A stretch of DNA of 64,000 bases from an uncultured Spirochaetota bacterium (lineage in GTDB: Bacteria; Spirochaetota; Spirochaetia; SZUA-6; CAVTHK01), in assembly GCA_963734495.1 (NCBI GenBank), contig CAVTHK010000016.1, positions 32,001 through 96,000 of the forward strand, in the 5' to 3' direction. The notes beneath the pieces were generated by a model. That model did not search any database. It saw only the letters and a list, made by a program, of their open reading frames with translations, and had not been told where the DNA came from. Numbering within the stretch: position 1 is the first letter of the stretch; every line of letters begins with the position of its first letter. The translations under genes were made by a program, and so were the position numbers. Shown piece after piece: positions 29,516-42,207 of the stretch.

Positions 29516-32500
29516 ATGCCAGTCTCTTTTCTCGGACTGATTATAACTGCGTCCGTCACGGTCTTCATCCTTCTGCTCTACAGGCAGTTCGACAAGGGCA
29601 ACCGGTCGCTCGACAAGGTCAGGCGTTATGCGGACATGGTGCGCGCGAAGCTGACCGAGTTCATCGACGAGAAGACGGCCGAAATCAAGGACATCTCGAT
29701 CGAGCTCCAGGTGAACCTCAAGACCGGCAAGGAGATCCTCAAGAAGGTCCAGTCGATCGAGACGGAGCTCAACACCAGGATCAACGGGATCTCGGGCGCG
29801 CAGGCGCAGGTAGAGGAGTACGAGGCCGCCCTGAAGAACCTGTCGGACATGTCGGGCCGCGTCGACGAGAACCTGCGCAGGATCCACGACGAGTCGAAGT
29901 TCGTCGACGGCGTCGGCCTGCGGCTCAAGACGGTTTCGGCGCGGCTGGACGGCCTGGAGGGACGCATCCCGGCGATCCTGAATGAGGCGGCCAGGACGAA
30001 CCGCACGCAGCTCGACGAAGTCTCGGCCAAAGTCACAGCCGATACGGCGGCGCGCGTGGCCGTGATCGCCGAGTCGGTGGGCAAGTCTGAAGCGCAGGTC
30101 CGCGATTTCTCCGCGTACATCACGCGCTTGGAGGCGCGCAAGGACGCGATGGAGAAGCAGCTGCAGAAGGACCTCGAGCGGCTCGCCGAGCAGGTCACGC
30201 AAGCGACGCGCGAGACGCACGGCAAGCTCGTCGTCGACCTGAACGCGCGGATCACTGCGCTGGCGGCTTCGGGCCAGGAGAAGCGCGCTCGGCTCGAGGG
30301 CGAGCTCGCCAAGGCGCTCGAGGGCGCCGAGGGCCGCGTCGCCGCGCTGGAAAAGGACCTCACCGGCGTGCTCAACCGTTTCGAGACTGACCTGGCGACC
30401 ATCGAGGGCGACTACAAGAAGCGGCTCGACAGCGCGGCCGAGCGCGGCAGGGCGCTCGAGCACGAGGCGTTCGAAGGGCTCAAGGAGCAGGTCGAAGGCC
30501 ACGCGAGGCAGGCGCAGTCCCAGCTCGCCGCGGCCGGCAAGTCCCTGGAGGAGCAGCTGGCAGGCGTGCACCGCGACGCGGAGGCGCTGTATGGCAAGGT
30601 GCGCTCCGACCTCAAGGTCTGGGAGGCCGAGTCGGCGCAGCTCATCAAGGAGCGCGACGGCATCCTTACGCAGGAGATCGAGGGGGTGAGCCAGACGGCG
30701 GCGCGCCGCGGCGAGGAGATCGAGCAGCGCCTCGGTTCGATGCGCGGCCTGCTCGACGATGTCGAGGCGTCGGAAGCGCAGGCGCGGACAAGGCTGGAAG
30801 AATACCGGACCGCGTTCCTGCAGAAGCTCGATGCGGCCGCAAGCGATCTGGAAGCCACCGTGCTGGAGCGCGCGGAAAAGAGGCTCCTCGACCTCGAGGG
30901 GGACATTGGCTACCGCTTCGACCGGCTGCACCAGGTGAACGTCGACGTTCAGGAGCTGGAGGGCAACCTCCGCGCCGTCATGGAGAAGATGGGCGGCCGG
31001 TTGAACGAGGATTTCAACGCGTACATCGGGACGCTCGACAAGCGGAGGCAGGACGAGAAGCGCAAGACCGAGGAGGTGGCGGCGGCGATCCGCGCCGAGA
31101 TGCAGAGCCTGGAGCAGGGGCTCACCGACCTCAAGGCTCGGGCCTACCAGGACGTCTCGGAGAAGCTCAAGGGCTTCGAGGACGAGTTCCTCGCCGACCT
31201 CAAGCAGCGGAGCGCCGGCATCGAGGAGACGCTCGCCAGCTGGCAGCAGACGGTCGAGAAACGCATGCACACGATCTCCGAGGCGCATAGCGCCGAGCGG
31301 ACGCGCATCGAGGAGCAGTACCGCGACGGGCTCGCGGAGCGCATCGAGCAGATCAAGGCGCTGAACCAGCAGCGGTTCGCCCAGATCGACGAGGAGATGG
31401 AGGCGCACGGCGCCGAGCGGGCCCGCATCGAAGAGGCGCGTAGCCGGCTGGCAGCAGGCGGTGGAGAAGCGGCTGCGCGCGATCTCCGACGAGCACACCG
31501 CCGAGCGGACCCGCATCGAGGAGGAGTACCGCGACGGGCTCGCGGAGCGGATCGAGCAGATCAAGGCGCAGAACCAGCAGCGATTCACTCGGATCGACGG
31601 GGAGATGGAGTCGCACGCCGTCGAGCGCGCCCGCATCGAGGAAGAGTACCGCGACGGGCTCGCGGAACGGATCGAGCAGATCAAGGCGCAGAACCAGCAG
31701 CGCTTCGCGCAGATAGACGAGGAGATGGACAACCGGATCGGCGCCCTTCAGCTCGAGCTCGAGCGGGAGCAGACCCGGCTCGAGGAGCAGCTTGCGCAGG
31801 CCCGGGCTACGCTCGCGGGGTGGCAGCAGGAGCTCGACGGCGCCAGCCGCGAGCAGAAGGAGCGCGTGCGCGCGGAGCTCACCGACATTTCGCGTCGCGT
31901 CGAGGAGCTCCGGGCGACGCTCGAGGACAAGACGGTCTCCGCGGTCGAGGCGGTGCGCAAGGAGCGCGAGGGCCTGGAGAACGAGCTGCGCCTGCGCGGG
32001 CAGGCGCTCCGCGAGGATGTCGCGGACCAGCTGCGCCTCTTCCGCAACGCGAGCGCGGACATCAAGGAGAAGGTGGACGCGGCCCAGGGGAAGCTGCTCG
32101 CGAAGGTCGAGGAGGAATACGGCACGGCCGCCGCGCGGATCGCGCAGATAGAGCGACAGCAGAAGGAATTCGTCGCGCAGACGCGGATCCTCGAGCAGGC
32201 GGAGCGTTTCAAGCTCGACCTGGAGAAGGGCATCGACGATCTCAAGAGGGAGCTCGCGGGCCTCGAGCCGACGCGCAAGGAGCTCGCCCAGATCGACAGC
32301 GACTTCAAGGGGACGCGGCGGCTGGTCGATGACGTCTCGGGGAAGCTCTCGCACTTTCTCGCGGAGAAGCGGCGCATCGACAGCCTGGACAAGGACTTCA
32401 GCCGCCTGATCGGGATCTCGAAGTCGATCGACGTCAAGCTCGCCGCCGTGACGTCGACCGGCGATTCGCTCGACGAGATCCAGGTCAAGCTGCGCTCCCT

Positions 32501-33056
32501 CGAGGGCCTGCAAGCGGAGGTCGAATCGCGCTACGAGAGGCTGGAGAAGCGGCAGGCCATCCTCGACGCGACGACGGCGGGCGTGCAGAAGAACTTCGAC
32601 TCGCTCGGCGAAGTCGAGTCCAGCCTCGCCGCCGTCCGGGACGAGCTCAAGGTGCTGCCGCTCAGGATCGGCGAGATCAAGGGCGTCCTCGAGCAGCTCT
32701 CCCGCGACAAGGAGAGGGCCGATTCGACGGTCGATCGCCTCGGGAAGCTCGACGAGGTGCTCCAGGACATCGAGGAGCGCATGGACCGCCTGACCAAGGC
32801 ACGGGAGTGGCTCGCCAAGACGGAGACCCGCCTGGAGGCCATCGGCAAGCAGGCGCAGGACCACGTCAAGCTGTTGCGCACGCTGGTCAAGACCGACGGC
32901 CTGAAAAAGGAAAAGGGCGCGCCGCCTCTCGACACCCGGCAGACCGTCATGAAGCTCGCCAACCAGGGCTGGAGCTCCCTCGAGATCGCGAGGGCGACGA
33001 GCATCAGCCTCGGCGAGGTCGAGCTGATCCTGGAGCTCACCCCGCAGAGCAAGTAG
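29516..33056 (+). CDS. large membrane-anchored coiled-coil protein (spirochaete SpiroCoCo-like) with C-terminal HTH-like motif; +1 frameshift near 31440
   Basis: N-terminal TM then [17 protein letters not shown]; heptad-rich body; C-terminus [25 protein letters not shown]; removing one G gives [14 protein letters not shown], matching the preceding repeat. Confidence 0.8.
31230..31730 (+). repeat. internal coding repeats (about 120-bp/40-aa unit x3, plus a 20-aa unit x2)
   Basis: [29 protein letters not shown] repeated three times. Confidence 0.9.
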
Positions 33057-33069
33057 ACGGGAGGACGCC

Positions 33070-34104
33070 ATGAAGGCTGTTGTACTGGAGAAGAAGGACC
33101 TCATCCGGATCCGCGAGATAGCCATGCCGGAGGCGATGGGTCCACGGGACGTCCGCGTCGCGATCCACACCGTGGGGATCTGCGGCAGCGACGTCCACTA
33201 CTACGAGCACGGAGCCATCGGTCAGTTCGTCGTCAAGGAGCCGATGGTGCTCGGGCACGAGGCTTCCGGAACGGTGGTGGAGGTCGGCAAGGCCGTCACG
33301 CACCTCAGAGTGGGCGATCGCGTCTGCATGGAGCCGGGAATACCCGATCCGTCGAGCCGCGCGAGCCGCCTCGGCATGTACAACCTCGACCCCGCCGTGC
33401 GCTTCTGGGCCACCCCGCCCGTGCACGGCTGCCTCGCGCCCTCCGTGGTGCATCCGGCTGACTTTACCTTCAAGCTCCCCGACAACGTGAGCTTCGGCGA
33501 GGGCGCGCTGGTCGAGCCTCTCGCCGTGGGTATGCATGCCGCGAACAAGGCCCAGATCAAGCCGGGCGACGTGGCCGTCGTGATCGGCGCCGGCACGATC
33601 GGGATCGTCACTGCCCTCGCGGCGCTCGCCGGCGGGTGCAGCTCCATCATCATGCTGGACATCAAGAAGGAGAAGCTGGCCCTGGCCGGGAAGCTCGGCC
33701 CGATCACGCCGGTGAACGTCGCCGAGACCGACGCCGATCAGGTCGTCAAGCGCCTGACCGAAGGCTGGGGCGCGAACCTCGTCTTCGAGGCGAGCGGGTC
33801 GGAAAAGGCCGCCGAACGGATGTTCGACTACCTGTGCCCCGGCGGTCGCGTGGTGTACATCGGCCTTCCGGGGGGTCCGGTGCCGTTCGACGTCGTCGCG
33901 GCGTCGGTCAAGGAGGCGAGCGTCGTCACCATCTTCCGGTACGCCCACGTGTACCCGCGAGCGCTCGCCCTGATGGGGTCCGGAAAGATCGACGTGAAGC
34001 CGCTGATCACGGACACCTTCGCCTTCGCAGACAGCGTCAAGGCGTTCGACTACGCGCGCAGGCCGAAGCCGACTTCGATCAAGGCGCAGATCGTCCTGGG
34101 TTGA
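33070..34104 (+). CDS. zinc-dependent polyol dehydrogenase (sorbitol/xylitol dehydrogenase-like)
   Basis: [17 protein letters not shown]. Confidence 0.92.
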   Translation: MKAVVLEKKDLIRIREIAMPEAMGPRDVRVAIHTVGICGSDVHYYEHGAIGQFVVKEPMVLGHEASGTVVEVGKAVTHLRVGDRVCMEPGIPDPSSRASRLGMYNLDPAVRFWATPPVHGCLAPSVVHPADFTFKLPDNVSFGEGALVEPLAVGMHAANKAQIKPGDVAVVIGAGTIGIVTALAALAGGCSSIIMLDIKKEKLALAGKLGPITPVNVAETDADQVVKRLTEGWGANLVFEASGSEKAAERMFDYLCPGGRVVYIGLPGGPVPFDVVAASVKEASVVTIFRYAHVYPRALALMGSGKIDVKPLITDTFAFADSVKAFDYARRPKPTSIKAQIVLG

Positions 34105-34149
34105 AGGACGGCCGGCGCCGGCGGAGCCGGCACCTGCCCGTGACGCGCG

Positions 34150-34312
34150 AAACGGACCCCGGCCCCGGCGGGTACGCCGGACCAGCCTGCGGCCTGCGGC
34201 CACAGGCAAGGGCGCATGGCGGTGCCGGGCCACCCCGCGCTGCGCGCGGGCCTTCGGGGTCCATCCCCGGCGAGTACGCCGGGCTGGGGCACGCGGCGCG
34301 GACGCCGCGCCG
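34150..34312. repeat. GC-rich palindromic dispersed repeat (REP-like)
   Basis: Hairpins ccggcg-ggta-cgccgg (34165-34180) and cccggcg-agta-cgccggg (34266-34283); 34231-34262 resembles the reverse complement of about 54548-54580. Confidence 0.65.
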
Positions 34313-34385
34313 ATGTGCTTGAACCTTGACATGTTTCGAAAGGGCTGATTATTTTAGTTCGACGAATACACTAACAGGGGTTTGC

Positions 34386-35039
34386 ATGTCGAAGAGAGAC
34401 GAAAAGGGGGTGGTGTCTGAGGAGGCGTCGCTCCCGGCCAAGGCGCCCACGGACCCGGGGGGAAGGGCGCAGGAGGCCGAGGCGGCCAAGGAGACCGGAC
34501 GCGAGGGTAAAGTTGAGACCGCCGAAGGCGGCGAGGACAGAATCGCGGCGCTGGAGCGGGAGATCGCCGACCTCAAGGACCAGCTGTTGCGGCGGGCCGC
34601 GGACTACGAGAACTTTCGAAAGCGCATGGCCAGGGAGCGCGAGGACGCGGTCAAATACGCCAATCAAATGCTGCTTCTCGACCTCGTGCCCGTGATCGAC
34701 GGTTTCGAGCGGGCGATCATGTCCGCGGAATCGTCGAGGGAGTTCGAGAAGCTGCACGACGGGATCGTGTTGATCGAGCGGCAGCTCACCGCCATGCTCG
34801 AGAAGAAATGGGAGCTTAAGAGATTTGAGTCGAAGGGGCATGCTTTCGACCCGGAGCGGCACCACGCCATCGCGGCGGAGGAACGGCCCGGCGTAGAAGC
34901 GGCCACCGTCGTCGAGGAATATCAAAAGGGCTATCTCTTCCGCGACAGGGTGCTCAGGCCGGCCAGCGTAAAGGTCGCGCAGCCCGGGCCGCGGGAGAGC
35001 AAAGAACAGAATAGCATGCAGAACAAAGAGGAGACATAG
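34386..35039 (+). CDS. grpE: nucleotide exchange factor GrpE
   Basis: [33 protein letters not shown]. Confidence 0.96.
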   Translation: MSKRDEKGVVSEEASLPAKAPTDPGGRAQEAEAAKETGREGKVETAEGGEDRIAALEREIADLKDQLLRRAADYENFRKRMAREREDAVKYANQMLLLDLVPVIDGFERAIMSAESSREFEKLHDGIVLIERQLTAMLEKKWELKRFESKGHAFDPERHHAIAAEERPGVEAATVVEEYQKGYLFRDRVLRPASVKVAQPGPRESKEQNSMQNKEET

Positions 35040-37049
<2,010 letters not shown>

Positions 37050-37064
37050 TAGAGTGGCGGTCAC

Positions 37065-38198
37065 TTGGCCAAGCGGGATTACTATGACGTCCTCGGGGTC
37101 GGAAAGGGCGCCTCGAAGGACGAGATAAAAAAAGCCTATCGCAAGCTCGCCATCCAGTTCCATCCCGACCGCAACCCCGGCGACAAGGGATCGGAAGAGA
37201 AGTTCAAGGAGGCGACGGAAGCCTACGAGGTCCTGGGCGACGACCCCAAGAGGCAGGCCTACGACCAGTTCGGCTTCGCGGGGGTCGAGGGGATGGGCGG
37301 CGCCGCGCCGCAGGACTTCTCCACCGTCTTCCGGGATTTCGAGGACATCTTCGGGGACTTCTCCGGGATCTTCGACTCTTTTTTCGGCGGCAGCGGCCGC
37401 CGCCGCCGCGGTTCGCAGTCGAGCGCGCGCCGGGGAGCCGACCTCCGCTACGACCTGGAGCTTCCGTTCGAGCAGGCGGTCTTCGGCACTTCGGTCGAGA
37501 TCGCGTATGCCCGCAGCGAGACCTGCGCGGAGTGCAAGGGTTCCGGCGGTGCCGGGGGCAGCCGGCGCACCGTGTGCCCGACCTGCGGCGGCAGCGGACA
37601 GGTGCGCCGCAGCTCGGGCTTCTTTTCGATCGCGACCACGTGCCCGAGCTGCAACGGCGAGGGCGAGGTCATCGAGAGGCCCTGCGCGAACTGCGGCGGC
37701 GCAGGCGTGGTCAAGTCCCGGCGGAAGCTGCGTGTCACGATCCCGGCGGGGATCGAGAGCGGCAAGCGCATCAGCATCGCCGGCCAGGGCGACTCGGGCG
37801 CGCTCGGCGGCCCGGCCGGCAACCTGTACGTCTACGTCCACACCCTCCCCCACAAGTATTTCGAGCGGCAGGGGTCGGACCTCTACTGCATGATCCCGAT
37901 CTCGTTCACGCAGGCGGCCCTTGGCGCCGACCTCAACGTGCGCGCTCTCGACGGAAAGCGCATCCGGGTCAAGATCCCGTCGGGAACGCAGAACGGACGG
38001 ATGTTGAGAGTCAAAAATGAAGGTGTCCCCGACATGAACGACACGAACCGGCGGGGAGACCTCTACGTAAAGCTGCGCGTCGACGTGCCCGCCAAGGTCA
38101 CCGGCCGCGCGCGCGACCTCCTGCGGCAGCTCGCCGAGCTCAACGGCGAGAACGACAGCCCGGACCCCCTGCTGCTCTCTGAGGTCGAGCGAAGCTAG
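37065..38198 (+). CDS. dnaJ: chaperone DnaJ
   Basis: HPD J-domain, G/F region, four CxxCxGxG repeats. Confidence 0.98.
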   Translation: MAKRDYYDVLGVGKGASKDEIKKAYRKLAIQFHPDRNPGDKGSEEKFKEATEAYEVLGDDPKRQAYDQFGFAGVEGMGGAAPQDFSTVFRDFEDIFGDFSGIFDSFFGGSGRRRRGSQSSARRGADLRYDLELPFEQAVFGTSVEIAYARSETCAECKGSGGAGGSRRTVCPTCGGSGQVRRSSGFFSIATTCPSCNGEGEVIERPCANCGGAGVVKSRRKLRVTIPAGIESGKRISIAGQGDSGALGGPAGNLYVYVHTLPHKYFERQGSDLYCMIPISFTQAALGADLNVRALDGKRIRVKIPSGTQNGRMLRVKNEGVPDMNDTNRRGDLYVKLRVDVPAKVTGRARDLLRQLAELNGENDSPDPLLLSEVERS

Positions 38199-38223
38199 GT
38201 CGGCCCGGGAGGCCGCGGGGGTT

Positions 38224-39520
38224 GTGCCCCGCCTCCGCGAGGCGCTATTCTTCGACGCGATGAACGCCACGGCCGTGGCCCTGCACGCGGTGCTGCTGCT
38301 GCTCGTGCCCCTCGTCGGCTTCCCGGCGCTGCGCAGCGCGCCCTCGCGCCTCGTGTGGCCGGTGGCGGGCCTGGCGGTCCTGGTGTGCGCATCGGCCTCG
38401 ACGGCGGGTTCGCCTGCCCGCGCGATCCTCGGGATCGCGGTGGCTCTCAGCGCGGGCGGTCTCCTGGGCGGCGGTTCCCCGATGATTTCCGCCGTGGCTG
38501 CCGGGGCCTTCGTCTCCCTCGCCGCGGGCCTCGCGCTCGGGATGGAAAGGTACGCAGGCTACCTGCTGTACGCGGTCGCTACGGCGCTGCTCGTGCTGTT
38601 CGCCGCCGCGGGAAGGCTGCGCTCCCTGCGGCCGGCCGAGCGAGTCGCCTTTGGCACGGCGGCCATCGCGATCTGCGCGCCGCTGCTGGACCTGGCCGGA
38701 AGGTGGGCCTTTCAGGCGCCCTGGGCGACGCTCCCGCACGCCCTCGCGATCGTTGGCGTCGTAGCGCTCCGGCAGCCGGCTCGCCTCGATGACCAGGCCC
38801 TCGCTGTGCGCCTGCTGCGGCTCGAGCGCGAGCTCGGCTTTGCCCGCCACGCGGGCGCCGTCGCTATCGTCGCCGCGGCAGCGGTGCATGAGCTCAAGAG
38901 CCTCTTCGGCGACCTGCGCCTTGCGGCGCAGTTCGGCATCTCGAACGCCGACGCCGGGGCCAAGGACCGCGCGCTCTCGTTGATAGACGAGACGCTCTCC
39001 GAGGGGCGCGGGAGGGTGGTGCGCCTCCTCGAGGACCTGCGGCGCGGCGAGCGTGAGCCTGCCGGCACCTTTGCGGCGCGCGAGGTGCTGGAGGCCGCGG
39101 CGCGCTCGCTGCGGGACGTCTCTCCGGCGAGCGCGCCCCGGATCGCACTCGAGTGTCCGCCGGAGCTGGCGCTCGCGGCGCGGCGCGGAGAGCTCGAGCT
39201 CGCGCTGATCTGCCTGGCTCGCAACGCCCTCGCGGCGAGCGCGAGGAGGGGGGCCGGCCGAAGTGACGCTCCGCGCGGCGGCCGCGGCCGGGTCGGTGGA
39301 GATCGAGGTGATCGACGCCGCCGGCGGGCTGCCGCTGGATCTCCGCGTGGGGGTCTTCGAGCCGTCCGGGACCCCGCGCGAAGGGCTGGGCCTGCTGCTG
39401 GCGGCGAGGCTCGTGGAGCAGAACGGCGGCACGCTCGACTACCTCTCCGCGGAGGGCCGCAGCTGCTTCCGCCTCGGCGTTCCCGGTCGCGTGGACTCGA
39501 ACCGCGAGCCGCTGGTATAA
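38224..39520 (+). CDS. membrane sensor histidine kinase-like protein (degenerate; +1 frameshift near 39250-39260)
   Basis: Multi-TM N-terminus; H-box HELKSL, N-box LARNAL, G boxes DAAGG and GLGL in ORF 39263..39520; start uncertain. Confidence 0.65.
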
Positions 39521-39545
39521 TGCGGGCCGCCGGCACAGGCAAGAC

Positions 39546-40775
39546 ATGACGTTCTCACTCCTCGTCAAACCCGCGTCCGCCGACTGCAACCTCCGCTGCT
39601 CCTATTGCTTCTACTACGACCGCAAGTCTCTCTACCCGGAGACGCCGCGGCCGCGGATGACCGACGAAGTGCTCGAGCGGATGATCAGCGGCTACATGGC
39701 GACGGCGCAGCCCACCTATTCGTTCGGGTGGCAGGGCGGCGAGCCGACGCTGATGGGGGCGGACTTCTTCCAGCGGGTGACGGCGCTGCAGGAGGCTCAC
39801 GGGAGGCCGGGGGCGGTCGTGGCCAACGGGCTGCAGACGAACGCGACGCTGATCACCGACGATCTCGCCGCGCACCTCGCGCGCTACCGTTTCCTCGTCG
39901 GCGTGAGCCTCGACGGACCGGGGCCCGTCCACGACCGCTACCGCGTGAGCGTCGACGGCCGGGGGTCGCATGCCCGCGTGCTCGAGGGGCTGGAGACCTT
40001 GCGGAAGCACCGCGTCGAGTTCAACGTGCTCGTCCTGGTCACGCGGGCGAACGCGGAGCGACCGGCCGAGATCTACCGCTACCTTGTCGACCTCGGCGTG
40101 GAGTACCACCAGTACATCCCGTGCGTGGAGGTCGACGCCGCCGGGGACCTGCTGCCCTACAGCGTCGACGGCCCGCTCTGGGGCCGGTTCCTGTGCGGCA
40201 TCTTCGACGAGTGGTCGCGCGGCGACGTGCGGCGCGTGTCGGTGCGCGCCTTCGACTCGGTGCTGACCATGCTGGTCGACGGCGCGGCGAACGTCTGTCA
40301 CATGGGCACGGACTGCCGCCAGTACTTCGTCGTCGAGCACAACGGCGACGTCTACCCGTGCGATTTCTTCGTGACGAAGGACCTCAAGCTCGGCAACGTC
40401 ATGAGCGACGGCTGGGACGCGCTGGCGTCATCGCCCGTTTTCCGCGAGTTCGGGGCGCGCAAGCGGCGGTGGAACGCGGAATGCGACGCATGCCCGTTCG
40501 TGCACCTCTGCGCGGGGGACTGTCTCAAGCACCGCCTGCGGAACGGCGGGGACCCGGACCGCGCCAGCCTGCTGTGCGAGGGGTGGAAACAGTTCTACGG
40601 GAGGACGCTGCCTGCCTTCGAGGCGCTGGCGTCGGGAATCCGGCGGGAGCGGTCGGCCTCGCGGCGGCAGCTCGCTCCGCGCGCGGCCGCCGGTGTCGCG
40701 GCGGGTCCGGTCGGGCGCAACGACCCCTGCCCCTGCGGAAGCGGGCGCAAGTACAAGCACTGCTGTGGACGATAG
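39546..40775 (+). CDS. anaerobic sulfatase maturase-like radical SAM/SPASM protein with C-terminal SEC-C motif
   Basis: CNLRCSYC, WQGGEP, VYPCD, SPASM cysteines, GRNDPCPCGSGRKYKHCC; TATAAT at 39516. Confidence 0.92.
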   Translation: MTFSLLVKPASADCNLRCSYCFYYDRKSLYPETPRPRMTDEVLERMISGYMATAQPTYSFGWQGGEPTLMGADFFQRVTALQEAHGRPGAVVANGLQTNATLITDDLAAHLARYRFLVGVSLDGPGPVHDRYRVSVDGRGSHARVLEGLETLRKHRVEFNVLVLVTRANAERPAEIYRYLVDLGVEYHQYIPCVEVDAAGDLLPYSVDGPLWGRFLCGIFDEWSRGDVRRVSVRAFDSVLTMLVDGAANVCHMGTDCRQYFVVEHNGDVYPCDFFVTKDLKLGNVMSDGWDALASSPVFREFGARKRRWNAECDACPFVHLCAGDCLKHRLRNGGDPDRASLLCEGWKQFYGRTLPAFEALASGIRRERSASRRQLAPRAAAGVAAGPVGRNDPCPCGSGRKYKHCCGR

Positions 40776-42207
40776 ACTCCTGGCATCGCCGGCCGGCCGC
40801 GACGTCTACCTCGTCGGCATCAAGGGCACGGGCATGACCGCCCTGGCCGACATCCTCGTTTCACGGGGAGCGCGGGTGCTGGGCTCGGATACAAGCGAGA
40901 CGTTCTACACCGACGCCATCCTCCGCCGTCTGGGCATCCCGGTGCGCGAGGGCTTCTCAGCTGCCAACCTTCCCGCCCGCGTCGACCTTGTCGTCCACTC
41001 GGCGGCGTACGATCCCTCCACGCACGTGGAGCTCGTGGCGGCAAAGGAGCGCGGCCTCCCCCTGCTCAGCTACCCGGAGGCGCTCGGCGGCTTGTCGCGA
41101 ACCGCCCACTTTGTCGCGATCTCCGGAGTGCACGGCAAGTCGACGACCACGGCGATGGCCGGGACCCTCCTCATGGCCCTGGGCCTTCCGGTGACCACGC
41201 TCGTCGGCACCGAAGTGCCGGCGTTCCAGGGCCGCAGCGTGCACGTGGGAGGCGACCGGTACCTGGTCGCCGAGTCCTGCGAGTACCGGCGTCATTTTCT
41301 GAACTACGACCCGCGATGCATGGTGGTGACGAGCGCCGAGGCCGAGCACCTGGACTACTTCCGGGATCGCGCGGATGTCCTGAGCGCCTTTGTCGAGCTC
41401 GCGCAGCGGCTGCCCCGTGGCGGGACCCTCATCTACTGCGCGGACGACCGCGGCGCCGCGGAAATCGCGGACAGGGCGTCGGCGGAAAGACCCGACTGCG
41501 TCCGCGTCCCCTACGGGACGCGCGCGGCCGGTCCCTACGCCGTCGGGGACGTGACATCGTCGGCAGGCGAGCTCGCATTCGCCCTGGCGGAGGGACGCTT
41601 CCGGCTGCGCGTGCCGGGGCGGCACAACGTGCTGAACGCGGCCGCGGCGATCGCCGTGGCGCGCTACGTCGAGTCGAGGGAGGGCAGGCCGCCCGCGCCT
41701 TCGTCCGCTCTCGCCGACGCCTTGTTCTCCTTTGGCGGCACCCGGAGGCGGAGCGAGGTGGTGGGCGAGGCCGGGGGGGTGCTGTTCATCGACGACTACG
41801 GGCATCACCCGACCGAGGTCGCCGCGACGCTGGGGGCCCTGCGCGAGTTCTATCCGGGGCGCAGGCTCGTGGTCGACTTCATGTCTCACACCTATTCGAG
41901 GACACAGAAGCTCCTGGCTGAGCTCGCCGGCTCGTTCGCCGCCGCGGACCTGGTGGTGCTGCACCGGATCTATGCGTCGGCGCGGGAAAAGAATCCCGGC
42001 GGCGTGAGCGGCAAGCTTCTGTATGAGGAAACCCGCCGGCGCCACCCCGCCGTCCTCTACTACGAGGAGCCCCTCGACGCGGTCGAGCCGATGGCCGACC
42101 TGCTGCGTCGCGGTGATCTTTTCGTGACCATGGGCGCCGGGGACAACTGGAAGGTGGGCAGGGCCCTGCTGCGACGGCTCGGAGGCGACGGAGGGGAGGC
42201 GACGTGA
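40765..42207 (+). CDS. murC: UDP-N-acetylmuramate--L-alanine ligase
   Basis: GIKGTGM, GVHGKSTTT, DDYGHHPTE, TMGAGD. Confidence 0.95.
   Translation: MDDRLLASPAGRDVYLVGIKGTGMTALADILVSRGARVLGSDTSETFYTDAILRRLGIPVREGFSAANLPARVDLVVHSAAYDPSTHVELVAAKERGLPLLSYPEALGGLSRTAHFVAISGVHGKSTTTAMAGTLLMALGLPVTTLVGTEVPAFQGRSVHVGGDRYLVAESCEYRRHFLNYDPRCMVVTSAEAEHLDYFRDRADVLSAFVELAQRLPRGGTLIYCADDRGAAEIADRASAERPDCVRVPYGTRAAGPYAVGDVTSSAGELAFALAEGRFRLRVPGRHNVLNAAAAIAVARYVESREGRPPAPSSALADALFSFGGTRRRSEVVGEAGGVLFIDDYGHHPTEVAATLGALREFYPGRRLVVDFMSHTYSRTQKLLAELAGSFAAADLVVLHRIYASAREKNPGGVSGKLLYEETRRRHPAVLYYEEPLDAVEPMADLLRRGDLFVTMGAGDNWKVGRALLRRLGGDGGEAT

Noticed and set aside
34300..34385. CIRCE operator upstream of grpE-dnaK-dnaJ
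   Set aside because: No TTAGCACTC-N9-GAGTGCTAA match seen
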